Below are positions 1-10,230 of a stretch of DNA of 64,000 bases, in pieces (the stretch's first letter is position 1; every line of letters starts with the position of its first letter). The position numbers and the translations under genes are program-made. This DNA comes from Spirochaetia bacterium (GTDB lineage Bacteria > Spirochaetota > Spirochaetia > SZUA-6 > Bin103), in the NCBI GenBank assembly GCA_965199955.1, contig CBDATQ010000002.1, forward strand, positions 1,120,001-1,184,000, written 5' to 3'. A model generated the notes under the pieces. The model searched no databases. It had not been told where the DNA came from and was given only the letters and a program-made list of their open reading frames with translations.

Positions 1-265
1 CGCGCCGACCATCGCCGTGCTGTTCATCCTGCAGCTTTCCGGCCTGTTCGGCTCCAACTTCGAACTGATGTACAACCTGTACAACCCGGCCGTGTACGAC
101 GTCGGGGACGTGCTCTCCACCTACCTGTACCGGACCGGGCTTCTGAACAGCAAGTTCGAGCAGGCGACCGCGCTCGGGCTGGTCTTCAACGTGCTCGGGC
201 TGATTCTGCTGCTGAGCGCCAACCGCGGCATCAGGCGCATGAACGTGATGGGCATCTTCGAATGA
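1..265 (+). CDS. Carbohydrate ABC permease (LplB-like), 3' part, truncated by window edge
   Basis: LYNPAVYDVGDVLSTYLYRTGL...ATALGL motif of CUT1 permease C-terminus. Confidence 0.85.
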   Translation, partial: APTIAVLFILQLSGLFGSNFELMYNLYNPAVYDVGDVLSTYLYRTGLLNSKFEQATALGLVFNVLGLILLLSANRGIRRMNVMGIFE

Positions 266-1176
266 TGACCCGGGGCATGCTCCGCGGCCGCCTGGGCTTC
301 AACGTGTTCGACGTGTTCGCAGTCGCATTCGTCGGCCTGTTCGCCGTGGTCGCCGTCTACCCGATGTGGTACGTGCTGGTGGTGTCGCTCATGCCGTACG
401 CCGAGTTCATCCGCACCGACTTCATACTGCTGCCGTCGCTGAACCCGGACCTGACCTTCTACCACGGCATCGTCATCGGCGCTCCACAGCTCTTCCTGCG
501 CGCCATGTCCGTGTCCATCGTCAAGACCGCCGTCGGGGCAGGCGGCGGCGTCGTGGTCACCGCCATGCTGGCCTACGCCGTGACCAAGCGCCACGTGCCC
601 GGCACGCGGCTGATCAACGTCCTGATCGTCCTCACCCTGTTCCTCTCCGGCGGCCTGATCCCGCTGTACCTGCTGGTGGTGAAGCTGGGTCTGCTCGGCT
701 CCGCCCTGTCGCTGGTCCTGGTCACGGGGTTCATCAACACCAGTTATTTCATCATCATGCGCAATTTCTTCTCCTACACCGTGCCAAAGGATCTCGAGGA
801 TGCCTGCGTGATCGACGGCGCCAACGAGGCGACGACGTTCTTTCGCATCATCCTGCCGATCTCCAAGCCGATGGTCACGGCGATCCTGCTGTTCCTGGCG
901 GTCTACCATTGGAACGACTGGGTCAGTTGGCTGTATTTCGTGCGCGACGCAACGTTCGCGCCATTCGCGGTCCTGCTGCGCAGGGTGCTGGAGCGGCCGA
1001 CGGTCTTCTTCGACTCGGCGGCCGGGCAGCGCTTCATCGAGGACGAGGGCTGGATTCCGCCCAGGCAGCTCGTGATGGCGACCGTCGTGCTGGCCATGCT
1101 GCCGATCATGATGCTGTACCCGTTCCTGCAGCGGCACTTCGCCAAGGGCATCCTGATCGGCGCCGTCAAGGAGTAG
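262..1176 (+). CDS. Carbohydrate ABC permease (LplC-like)
   Basis: EAA loop LEDACVIDGAN, ILPISKP, HWNDW, YPFLQRHFAKGILIGAVKE; ATGA overlap with upstream gene. Confidence 0.92.
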   Translation: MMTRGMLRGRLGFNVFDVFAVAFVGLFAVVAVYPMWYVLVVSLMPYAEFIRTDFILLPSLNPDLTFYHGIVIGAPQLFLRAMSVSIVKTAVGAGGGVVVTAMLAYAVTKRHVPGTRLINVLIVLTLFLSGGLIPLYLLVVKLGLLGSALSLVLVTGFINTSYFIIMRNFFSYTVPKDLEDACVIDGANEATTFFRIILPISKPMVTAILLFLAVYHWNDWVSWLYFVRDATFAPFAVLLRRVLERPTVFFDSAAGQRFIEDEGWIPPRQLVMATVVLAMLPIMMLYPFLQRHFAKGILIGAVKE

Positions 1177-1203
1177 CCGAGCCGCCGGGCGAGCGGTGCG
1201 TGC

Positions 1204-2829
1204 TCAGGCTGGCACGATCGTCACGTCCACCTCGTCGACGACGATCGGATCCGGGTCCGGCACCGTGCCGACGTCCACCATCCCGGAGAACAGCAGCGTC
1301 AGCGTGAGATCGTTGTCGCCGCGCGCCACCAGCTCCGGGGCCAGGTCGATGACGCAGGTGGTGTGCGGCGGCAGCGGCCTGCCCGCCTGCGCCGGGCGCC
1401 CTTCGCGGTGGTACACGCGGCGGAGTTGCCCGGCCGGAACCTCCGTGCCATTGAGGCGCACGGCGATCCGGTCGGCCGATCCCAGGCCGACGGCGCGCAG
1501 GAACAACGTGGCGCTGGCGGTCTGCTCGACCTCCTCGAACAGCCGGAACCGGTAGCTCGCCGACGGACTGCCCGGCTCGCGCGGCAGGAGGAGCTCCTGG
1601 TCCTTCACCGTCCCGCACACGTTGGTGCCGGACGGGCTGATGCCGTGGTAGCCGCCCCACATCGAGCGGTAGGTGTAGTGACGGACGCCGTCGGCCACCC
1701 GCTGCGGGTCGCGCGCCTCGCGCAGCAGGCGGAAGGACGCAGGCCAGCCGGTCTCCGCGCCGCGCTTGCCGGAACGGAACCCGCCCCAGTGCTTCTGGAA
1801 GTTGTAGACGGACATGCCGTCGGCGCCCTGCTGGCGCAGGGCGTGCGCCAGCGCGCGGTAGTTCTCCGCCGTCGCCGGCGGACCGAAGCTCTCGCGCGAG
1901 CAGCAATACGGCTGCACGCCGGGGTAGAGCCGGCACGGAGTCCCGGCGGTGAGAGCGCGGAATTCCTCGTAGGCGGCGTTGAAGTCCGTGAACGACGAAT
2001 CCATCGGAGCGACGAAGTCGACCAGCCCGCCGCCGATCCACGCGGGCACGTCCAGCCCGAGAACATGGCAGTCCTCCAGGGTCTCCGGCACCAGCACGCC
2101 CAGCTCCAGCCGCCGCCCGCGCGCGTCGCCGTGCTCGTCGAGCATCGCGCGCAGCCGCTCGATCAGGCCGGTCATCAGCGGTTGCCGCTCGCGGGCCGGG
2201 CTCCGGTCGCCGCCGGGGGCGGGGAAGTAGAGGCCGTCACGCATGGTGAGCAGCACGCCGTCCACGTCGAAACGCGAGGCCACCTCGGCGACGACGCCGT
2301 AGAGGTAGTCGCGCACCTCCGGGACCGTGAAGTCCATCCGGTTGCCCGGCAGGAAGGCGCCGCCGGGCGGCACGTCGGTGATCTTCCACTGCGGGTTGCG
2401 GTGCAGGAACATGCCGCCCTGGTCCGGCGCGCCGTGGTTGTCGTTGACCCGGAACCCGGCCAGGCAGCGCATGCCGCGCTCCCGGCAGCGCTCCAGCATC
2501 ACCTGCAGGGGCATGATGCCGTCGTCCATCATCGGCAGGAACCGGCGGTGCTGCGGGCGCGCGTCGTACTCGAAGCGCTCGGAGCGGAAGTACATCGTCC
2601 AGCCGGCGTTGTAGACCTCCTGCACGAACACGTCGGCGGCGCTGGTGGCCACGTGGTCGATGAACGTGCGGAGCTCTTCCGGCCTGGCCGGGTGCGAGGT
2701 GATCAGGGGGCGGGCGTCGCCGGGGTCGAAGTCGTAGTTGCACACGTTGGACGGATCGCTGACGTAGACCAGCTCCCAGTCCCGCGGCGGCCTGGTGTCG
2801 GGGGGCGTGGCAGAGGGCATCGTCGTCAC
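1204..2829 (-). CDS. GHL10-like TIM-barrel putative glycoside hydrolase with C-terminal beta-sandwich
   Basis: GFRVNDNH, MDFTVPEVRD, FDVDGV, GADGMSVYNF; paralogous to 13560 and 56516 ORFs. Confidence 0.7.
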   Translation of the reverse strand: MTTMPSATPPDTRPPRDWELVYVSDPSNVCNYDFDPGDARPLITSHPARPEELRTFIDHVATSAADVFVQEVYNAGWTMYFRSERFEYDARPQHRRFLPMMDDGIMPLQVMLERCRERGMRCLAGFRVNDNHGAPDQGGMFLHRNPQWKITDVPPGGAFLPGNRMDFTVPEVRDYLYGVVAEVASRFDVDGVLLTMRDGLYFPAPGGDRSPARERQPLMTGLIERLRAMLDEHGDARGRRLELGVLVPETLEDCHVLGLDVPAWIGGGLVDFVAPMDSSFTDFNAAYEEFRALTAGTPCRLYPGVQPYCCSRESFGPPATAENYRALAHALRQQGADGMSVYNFQKHWGGFRSGKRGAETGWPASFRLLREARDPQRVADGVRHYTYRSMWGGYHGISPSGTNVCGTVKDQELLLPREPGSPSASYRFRLFEEVEQTASATLFLRAVGLGSADRIAVRLNGTEVPAGQLRRVYHREGRPAQAGRPLPPHTTCVIDLAPELVARGDNDLTLTLLFSGMVDVGTVPDPDPIVVDEVDVTIVPA

Positions 2830-2842
2830 TCCGGAGGCCCTG

Positions 2843-5023
2843 CTACTCGGGCGACCACGTGGTGGCGTGGACGCCCTCGTCGCGAGCTCCGGCCCACAGC
2901 GTCAGCACGCGGCCGTCGCGCAGCAGCACCGAGCTGGTGCGAGCGTCCATGGGGTGGTAGGCCAGGATATAGGGCTCCGGGTCCCACGTCCGTCCGCCGT
3001 CGGGGCTGACCAGCGCGCGGGGACCGCCGACGGCGTCCTTGTGGTCGTAGGTCAGCACGACGCGGCCGTCGGGCAGGCCGACGGCATCCGCGGACACCAT
3101 GTGCAGGCGGGTGACCAGGAACGGGGTGGTCCAGTCGTAGCCGCCGTTGCCGGAGAACATGATGGCTTCGTTCTTGTAGCGACCCGGTCCGACCCGGTTG
3201 AGCGAGGGCGCCGGCCACCTCTCGTGGCCGCCCCCCTGCCCGGCGGTCGCGTCGAACAGGTCCGGGTGCAGGTATTCTCGCTGGAAGCGGGTCGCGCAGA
3301 GCAACTCGCCCGACGGAAGCTCCAGGAGGTTCGACTCGCAGCAGCCGGGCGGCAGCACCGTCCAGTCGCCCCAGGTTCTGCCGTCGTCGTGCGAGCGCAG
3401 CAGGACGTCCCCCTCGTATCCGGCCCGGCGCGTGGCATCGTTCCAGGCGTTGCCGCAGAAGCAGATCACGGTGCCGGAGGCGAGTTGCACGATGCGGCTG
3501 CCGTCGCCCTGACCGCAGTAGCGCGTCGGCCGGGGCGCCAGCTCGGAGTCCGTCCAGGTCCGTCCGCCGTCGTCGCTGCGCGCCACGCGGGGCTCGCGCG
3601 TCGGGAACGTGCCGCGCGCCGGATCGGCGTCATCGATCAGCGCGGCGTAGCTCGCCAGGAAGGTGCCGGCGCCGGTCACCCCGAACCCGAACACCGCCGG
3701 ATCGCGTCCCGACAGCGGGATCTGGGCCAGGAAGCTCCACGTGCGGCCCTCGTCGGTGGAGCGATGGATGCGGCAGTCGCGGCTGGAGTAGACCAGGCGG
3801 CCGTCGGGGTGGCGGCAGACGACCGCGCCCTTGCCGCCGGCCCCGGCGAAGTAACGGTGCTCGGCCGCCACGCGCCGGCAGGCCACCATCTCGAAGTTCT
3901 CGACATAGTCGCCGCCCTCGTAGCGGTCGTCCGGGCGCATGCGCACCATGCCGTTGTCCAGGTAACCGCGGGCGTCGATCTTGTCGGTCCACAGATTGGG
4001 GTAGACCAGCGGCGGCTTGGCCAGGCCTTCCGGGGTCCAGCGGACCACGCCGATCGCCGGCCGGCGGCCCCACTCGTCCATGCCGGGGCCGTAGATGGTG
4101 GGCGCATACGACCCCAGCGCCGCGCAGCGGTGGAAGGCGGACACGATCGCGCCGTCCGCGGTCACGACGGTGGCGGCGCTCACGCCCGCGCCGGCCAGCA
4201 CCGGGCGCGCCTTCTCGCGGATGGCGTACCGGCTGAGCGCGAGCACGTACACCTCGTCCCCCCAGTACGTGCCGGCGTCGCCGGGGGGTGAACCGACGAC
4301 CGCACGCGCGCCGTAGGGGAAGTGCGGCATGCCGTAGCTCAGCACCAGGCGGCCGTCGGGAAGCTCCGCCAGCGGTGCGGGCAGCGGCGTGAATCCTTCC
4401 GGCACGTTCCAGGTGGCGCCGCCGTCATCGGATTCGCCCAGAGCGATCTCGCCCGCGGCTCCGCCGACGGGGGCGACCAGCCGGCCGAAGCCGAGCTGCA
4501 GCGGGTGCAGCGTTCCCCATCCGCCCGGAAGCTCGGCCGCGGGCTCCCACGCCGTGCCGCCGTCGGTCGAGCGCAGGATGCGTCCCGGCAGGCAGAGCAG
4601 CAGCGCGCTGTCGGCCAAGGCGGTCAGGCACACGCGCGAGGATTCGGACAGTTCCAGGTTCAGGGTGGCGACCACCCGCCACGGTCCCGCGGGCTCGCCG
4701 GCGCCCAGGATCGTCACGGCTCCGCTCCGATGGACGGCGGCGAGGAACGTCCCGTCCCGTCCGGCGGTCAGGGCCAGGACCGCGGCACCCGCCGCCGCGG
4801 GCGTCGCCAAATCGGCAAGCTGTGACCAGGTCACGCCGCCGTCGTCGCTGTGCGCCAGTGACCCACCGCGGCCCGCGAGCACGAGCGCATCTCCCTGCCG
4901 GCAGAGCAGTGGATCGGCGTCGCCGAACAGCACTTCCTGCCGCTCGACGCGCAGCCGGCGGTAGCGCAGCACGTGGCTTTCGGCGTGATCGGACTCGAAG
5001 TGTTCCTTCATGTGGGAGTGCAT
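2843..5023 (-). CDS. BNR/Asp-box repeat (sialidase-like) protein, probably two propellers
   Basis: Many S-x-D-x-G-x-T-W boxes (SDDGGVTW, STDGGTAW, SDDGGATW, STDEGRTW, SHDDGRTW, SPDGGRTW). Confidence 0.85.
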   Translation of the reverse strand: MHSHMKEHFESDHAESHVLRYRRLRVERQEVLFGDADPLLCRQGDALVLAGRGGSLAHSDDGGVTWSQLADLATPAAAGAAVLALTAGRDGTFLAAVHRSGAVTILGAGEPAGPWRVVATLNLELSESSRVCLTALADSALLLCLPGRILRSTDGGTAWEPAAELPGGWGTLHPLQLGFGRLVAPVGGAAGEIALGESDDGGATWNVPEGFTPLPAPLAELPDGRLVLSYGMPHFPYGARAVVGSPPGDAGTYWGDEVYVLALSRYAIREKARPVLAGAGVSAATVVTADGAIVSAFHRCAALGSYAPTIYGPGMDEWGRRPAIGVVRWTPEGLAKPPLVYPNLWTDKIDARGYLDNGMVRMRPDDRYEGGDYVENFEMVACRRVAAEHRYFAGAGGKGAVVCRHPDGRLVYSSRDCRIHRSTDEGRTWSFLAQIPLSGRDPAVFGFGVTGAGTFLASYAALIDDADPARGTFPTREPRVARSDDGGRTWTDSELAPRPTRYCGQGDGSRIVQLASGTVICFCGNAWNDATRRAGYEGDVLLRSHDDGRTWGDWTVLPPGCCESNLLELPSGELLCATRFQREYLHPDLFDATAGQGGGHERWPAPSLNRVGPGRYKNEAIMFSGNGGYDWTTPFLVTRLHMVSADAVGLPDGRVVLTYDHKDAVGGPRALVSPDGGRTWDPEPYILAYHPMDARTSSVLLRDGRVLTLWAGARDEGVHATTWSPE

Positions 5024-5139
5024 GCCGGGACTATACGGCGATCAAAGATCGAGATGCAGGCCCCATCGCGCCGGATCGGTCCAGACAGATCTGGACGACC
5101 GCCCGTCGAGCGGGTACCGTTCAGTTTCGGAGGTAACGC

Positions 5140-6957
5140 ATGGCTAACGCACGCAGGCTGCTGTCTCTTCTGTTGATAGCAGCGTTCGTACTTGCTGGTG
5201 TCCATGTCTTTGCCGCCGCCCAGGACGAAGGGGCTGCGGGCGACATGGAACGGGTATCCATCGGCATGATGTACCGGGGCTGGGACTCGTCCGGCTGGGA
5301 CGCGGATCTGATCGCGCAGGATCGGGTCTGGGGCTACATCGAGGACAAGTTCAACATCGACTTCAGGATCGAGTACGGCGGCAGCGGAGACATCATCGTC
5401 GCATCGATGGCCGCCGGCACCGCGCCGGACATCGTGATGATGTGGCCCGGCCACCCGTGGCTGGGGATCCCGACTTGGCAGAGCTGGATCAACGACGGGC
5501 TGCTCACCAACCTGAACGACCTGGTCTCCGCCGATCCGGACCGCTATCCGGTCATCAACACGATCTTCCAGGATCCGGTGTACCGGCTGTACAACATCGT
5601 GCAGAACGGAGGAGTCGACAACTACCACGCGCTCATGACCGGCAACCGCTTCAAGCCGATCACTGACAGCGCGATCATTTACAACGGCTTCATGCTCGAC
5701 GATCTCGGCCTGGAGGTCCCGGCGACCTACGACGAGCAGATCACGGCCATGCGGATGGCGCGTGACAAGCTCGGCGCTACCGGCTTCGGCTGGCCGACCT
5801 ACAAGGGCACCCACTGGAAGGGCCTCAACTACCTGTACTTTCAGACGCAAGGACAGGAGCTGGACGGCTACCACCAGGACGCGGACGGCAACTGGTATGA
5901 CGCGGCGGTCGATCCGGGCAACAAGGCGATCTGGGCGACGGTGGCGGAGCATGCCGGCGAGCAGCTCCTCTATCCGGGGTGGCTGACCGGCGAGCTGTTC
6001 GAATACATCGATCAGCTCGTTGCCGGCAAGCACCTGTCCGGCCTGTACAAGGGCCCGCGGCCCGACGGCTACATGGCGCACTTCGAGAAGTTCGTGACCG
6101 CCAACCCGGGGGCCACGCTGGCGGACTTCCCGCAGGGGCTGCACCCGATCAGCGGTCCCGGCGGCCGCGCGCACGACGACGCGGTGCCGCTGAACATCTA
6201 CCGGGCTACCGCCATTCCGGCCTTCTCCGAGAACCCCGACCGGGCGCTGGACCTGCTCGAGTGGTGGGTCAGCGAGGAAGGGCAGGTCGCGCGCTGGTTC
6301 GGGATCAGGGGCATCCACTTCACCAAGGATGACTTCAGCGACTTCGACGCGGAGGAGTTCCTCAAGGACCAGTCGTGGAACCCCGATGTTGCGGGGAAGA
6401 CGCTCGCCGAGGTCATGGTGGAACGCCCCGGGGACCTGATGTTCCTGCCGGGCGCGGCCACATCCAACTACGACAACGGCATCGTGCCGTTCGCGGAGAC
6501 CGGTAGCTGGTTCGAGGCCTACCAGAGCCTCAGGGACGTCCGCACCGAGCGCACGAACGCGGCGCTGGCGGTCCCCGACGGTGTCGAGTGCTCGGCGCCG
6601 TTCACGGCGGTCTGGGAAGGCGGCGGCTGCGCGGCGTGCACGGGACCCGAGCCGCCGAAGTGGTGCCAGTTCCAGGCCGGGAACGAGCTCTGGCACAGGT
6701 TCCTGGCCGAGGGCTGGGAAGGCTGGCCGCAGTACGTGGACCTGGTAGCCCCCAGCGAGGAGGAGCAGCAGGTCCAGGCCGCGCTGACCGACATCAAGAA
6801 CAAGTGGTGGGTCGCGTTCGTGCTGGGCAACAAGGACGTGGAAGCCGACTGGGACACCTTCGTCGCCGAGTACAACGAGGCGGGCGGCAAGATGCTGTTC
6901 GACAGTTGGAACGCCAAGCTTGCCGATGCCAAGGCAACCTGGGACAGCATCCAGTAG
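5140..6957 (+). CDS. Extracellular solute-binding protein (carbohydrate ABC type)
   Basis: GGAGG RBS, signal peptide, MAAGTAPDIV, SENPDRALDLLEW, C-terminal DWDTFVAEYNEAGG. Confidence 0.88.
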   Translation: MANARRLLSLLLIAAFVLAGVHVFAAAQDEGAAGDMERVSIGMMYRGWDSSGWDADLIAQDRVWGYIEDKFNIDFRIEYGGSGDIIVASMAAGTAPDIVMMWPGHPWLGIPTWQSWINDGLLTNLNDLVSADPDRYPVINTIFQDPVYRLYNIVQNGGVDNYHALMTGNRFKPITDSAIIYNGFMLDDLGLEVPATYDEQITAMRMARDKLGATGFGWPTYKGTHWKGLNYLYFQTQGQELDGYHQDADGNWYDAAVDPGNKAIWATVAEHAGEQLLYPGWLTGELFEYIDQLVAGKHLSGLYKGPRPDGYMAHFEKFVTANPGATLADFPQGLHPISGPGGRAHDDAVPLNIYRATAIPAFSENPDRALDLLEWWVSEEGQVARWFGIRGIHFTKDDFSDFDAEEFLKDQSWNPDVAGKTLAEVMVERPGDLMFLPGAATSNYDNGIVPFAETGSWFEAYQSLRDVRTERTNAALAVPDGVECSAPFTAVWEGGGCAACTGPEPPKWCQFQAGNELWHRFLAEGWEGWPQYVDLVAPSEEEQQVQAALTDIKNKWWVAFVLGNKDVEADWDTFVAEYNEAGGKMLFDSWNAKLADAKATWDSIQ

Positions 6958-7060
6958 TCGCATCCGGGCCATCGGGGTGAGCACTCGCGCGCGGGCGCTT
7001 CATCCTCGATCGAGCGGCGCATCCGTCAGGGGTGCGCCGCTTTCCGTTAAGTGCTTCCTC

Positions 7061-7937
7061 TCAGAACCGCCGCTCGGGCCGTTCGCGGTAGAAACGTTCC
7101 AGCGCCTTCCCGGCCGGCGACAGCTCGCCCTCCAGGCGCAGCCCGCCGTGTGAGAGGTTGATGCTGGCCGCAACCTCCGAGGTTCCCGCAACCTCGCCGT
7201 CCGTCTCACCCGCGACCGTCGACGGCGTCCACCCAGTGCGGGGTCAGGATCTGGTTCCACAGGAGCGTTCCCGGCGGCATGGCGTAACTCAGCACGTCCG
7301 TGGAGGTCAGGCCCTCCGGTCTGATCATGCCCTTGCGCCACTCCGGGTCGGCGGCGCGTTCCAGCGGCGCCCACCGGTAGGGGTCGACCAGCCCGTTGAA
7401 CACCTTGGTGCCTTGGATCTGCCAGGCGACCACGTGCGAGACGTCCATGTGGTAGCGGCCGAGAACGTGCGCGCCCGAGATGAAGACGATCGGGTAGCAC
7501 CGGTACCAGGTGAAGCCGGCGCGTCCCAGGAACGCCTGCCACGGCTCCATCACGTCCTTCCAGAGTCCGGCGAACAGGTCGCCGCGGCTGGTGAAGTTGG
7601 TCAGCTTGAAGTGGGACAGCCCGAACGGCATCTCCATGACCCGCTCCAGCGGCAGGGCGCGAAACTCGTCGATGAAGCCGTCCTCGCGGTAGTAGGGGCT
7701 GTCCGGCCGCTCCGGTGACAGATCGCGCAGGCGTACCTCTTCGTCCCGCCGCAACCGGTCGACGATGTCGGCCACCGGTGGCGGCTCGTAGCTGAACGGC
7801 ACGCAGTCGCCGGCCAGCAGGACGTTGCGGGGGCCGCTCCAGTGGGAATGCAGCTCGGCGGCGGTGCGGACGGTCACTCTTCGAGTGACGTTCGCTTCGC
7901 TCACGCCCTCCGGCGGAACTTGACACGGGGCGCTCAT
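7061..7937 (-). pseudogene. Cupin/JmjC-like oxygenase with frameshift near 7215
   Basis: YHMD metal motif and PGTLLW..TPHWVD; ORF stops at 7206 but another frame continues VAASINLSHGGLRL... to TGA at 7061. Confidence 0.6.
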
Positions 7938-7990
7938 AGGCCGTTCACTCTACCACGGCCGGTCCGCACCGCCGCCCGCCTCGCTCGCAC

Positions 7991-8986
7991 ATGGCCCAGT
8001 ACATCGTCAAGCGGCTCCTGCTGCTCTTTCCCACGCTGTTCGTCATCGCCGTCGTGTCGTTCGCCATCATCCACCTGCCGCCGGGCAACTATCTGGACAC
8101 GTATATCGCCAATCTTGCCGCCACCGGCGAGACCGCGACCGAGGACGAGATCGCCGCCCTGGAGGCGCGGTACGGGCTGAACAAACCGCTGCCGGCCCAG
8201 TTCCTGCGCTGGCTGTGGGGCTTCGTGCGCGGCGACTTCGGCCAGTCGTTCCAGCACGAGAAGCCGGTGCGGACGCTGATCGGCGAACGACTCCTGTTCA
8301 CGGTGGTGATCTCGCTGTTATCCATCGTCTTCACCTACGTGATGTCGATCCCGATCGGCATCTACTCGGCGGTGCGCCAATACTCCCCCGCCGACCACCT
8401 GTTCTCGGGCGTCGGCTTCCTGGGTCTGTCGATCCCCAACTTCCTGCTGGCGCTGGTGCTGCTGTTCGTCCTCTACCGCAACTTCGACATCGTCGGCATC
8501 GGCCTGTTCTCCGACGAGTACATCGAAGCGCCGTGGAGCTTCGGCAAGGCGGTCGACCTGCTCAAGCACCTGATCATCCCCGTGATCGTGATCGGGACTG
8601 CCGGCACCGCCGGGCTCATCCGCGTCATGCGAGGCAACCTGCTCGACGAAATCTCGCGCCAATACGTGATCACCGCGCGTGCCAAGGGACTGGGCGAACG
8701 GCGGCTGCTGTTCAAGTACCCGGTACGGCTGGCCGTGAATCCGCTCGTGTCGAGCGTCGCGTGGCTGCTGCCGGAGATCATCTCCGGAGAGACGATCACC
8801 GCGGTCGTGCTCAGCTTGGCGACCGTGGGTCCGCTGCTGCTCTCGTCACTGCTTGCCCAGGACATGTTCCTGGCCGGCACCATCGTGATGTTCATGGCGT
8901 TCCTGACCGTCGTGGGGACCTTGGTCTCCGATCTCCTGCTGGCCGTGATCGATCCGCGCATCCGCTTCGAACAGCGCGGGGCGTGA
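7991..8986 (+). CDS. Opp/Dpp-family ABC permease (B subunit)
   Basis: YIVKRLL, IHLPPG, RGDFGQSF, YVITARAKGL, IDPRIR. Confidence 0.93.
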   Translation: MAQYIVKRLLLLFPTLFVIAVVSFAIIHLPPGNYLDTYIANLAATGETATEDEIAALEARYGLNKPLPAQFLRWLWGFVRGDFGQSFQHEKPVRTLIGERLLFTVVISLLSIVFTYVMSIPIGIYSAVRQYSPADHLFSGVGFLGLSIPNFLLALVLLFVLYRNFDIVGIGLFSDEYIEAPWSFGKAVDLLKHLIIPVIVIGTAGTAGLIRVMRGNLLDEISRQYVITARAKGLGERRLLFKYPVRLAVNPLVSSVAWLLPEIISGETITAVVLSLATVGPLLLSSLLAQDMFLAGTIVMFMAFLTVVGTLVSDLLLAVIDPRIRFEQRGA

Positions 8987-9002
8987 ACGGGGTGGCCACC
9001 GC

Positions 9003-10148
9003 ATGAGCGAGGCGTCGACGGGTCTCCCCACGACCGGGCGGTCCGCGGCCGACTCCGCCGAGGAACGGCTGTTCGTCGCCTCGCAGTGGCGGCTCATGTG
9101 GCTGAAGTTCCGCCGGCACAAGGTCGCGCTGGTCGGCGTCGCGGTGACCGCGCTTTTCTACCTGCTGGCCGCCTTCTGCGAGGTCGTCGCTCCCTACGAC
9201 CCGCGGCACCGCCACGGCCGCCACACCTTCGTGCCGCCGCAGGCCGTACACTTCTACGACAGCGAGGGCGGCTTCTCGCTGCGGCCGTTCGTATACAAGC
9301 TTGACCGCCACATCGACCCGCGCTCGCTGCGCCGCAGCTACACGGAGGACCGGTCGCAGCGGTACTACGTCAAGCTGTTCACTCGCGGCCAGCAGTACGC
9401 CTGGTGGGGGCTGTTCGAGACCGACCTGCACCTGTTCGGTGTGGACGAGGAGGCGACCATCTTCCTGCTGGGCACCGACCGGCTTGGCAGGGACATGCTG
9501 TCGCGCATCCTGTATGGGGCGCGCATCTCGCTGTCGATCGGCCTGATCGGCGTGGCGATCAGCCTGGTTCTGGGGCTGCTGCTCGGTGGCATATCCGGGT
9601 ACTACGGCGGCCTCACCGACACCGTCGTGCAGCGCGTCATCGAGTTGCTGCGCTCGTTCCCGACGATCCCCCTGTGGTTGGCGCTGAGCGCTGCGATCCC
9701 GGAAACGTGGACGCAGGTGGAGCGGTATTTCGCCATCACCGTGATCCTGTCCGTGCTCGGCTGGACCGGACTGGCGCGTGTGGTGCGCGGCAAGCTCCTG
9801 GCCTTGCGCGAGGAAGAATTCGTCACCGCGGCGCTGGTGGCCGGGGAACGCGAGGGGCCCATCATCCGCCGCCACCTGCTGCCGTCGTTCATGAGCCATA
9901 TCATCGTGTCCATCACGTTGAGCATCCCCGGCATGATCCTGGCGGAGACCGGGCTGAGCTTCCTGGGCCTGGGGCTGCGCCCGCCCGAGATCAGCTGGGG
10001 CGTGCTGCTCAAGGAGGCGCAGAACATCACCGCGGTGGGGCTGAACCCCTGGCTGCTGCTGCCGGCGGTCCCGATCGTGCTGACCGTGCTGGCGTTCAAC
10101 TTTGTCGGCGACGGCCTGCGCGACGCGGCGGACCCGTACAAGGCTTGA
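9003..10148 (+). CDS. Opp/Dpp-family ABC permease (C subunit)
   Basis: LLGTDRLGRDMLSRILYGARISL, ETGLSFLGLG, GDGLRDAADP. Confidence 0.93.
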   Translation: MSEASTGLPTTGRSAADSAEERLFVASQWRLMWLKFRRHKVALVGVAVTALFYLLAAFCEVVAPYDPRHRHGRHTFVPPQAVHFYDSEGGFSLRPFVYKLDRHIDPRSLRRSYTEDRSQRYYVKLFTRGQQYAWWGLFETDLHLFGVDEEATIFLLGTDRLGRDMLSRILYGARISLSIGLIGVAISLVLGLLLGGISGYYGGLTDTVVQRVIELLRSFPTIPLWLALSAAIPETWTQVERYFAITVILSVLGWTGLARVVRGKLLALREEEFVTAALVAGEREGPIIRRHLLPSFMSHIIVSITLSIPGMILAETGLSFLGLGLRPPEISWGVLLKEAQNITAVGLNPWLLLPAVPIVLTVLAFNFVGDGLRDAADPYKA

Positions 10149-10230
10149 TTCGCGCGGGGCACCGCGCTACCATCCGGCGTCCGCCCCGTGCGCGGCGCGA
10201 GGCGACATCACCAACCACAAGGAGTTCGAC

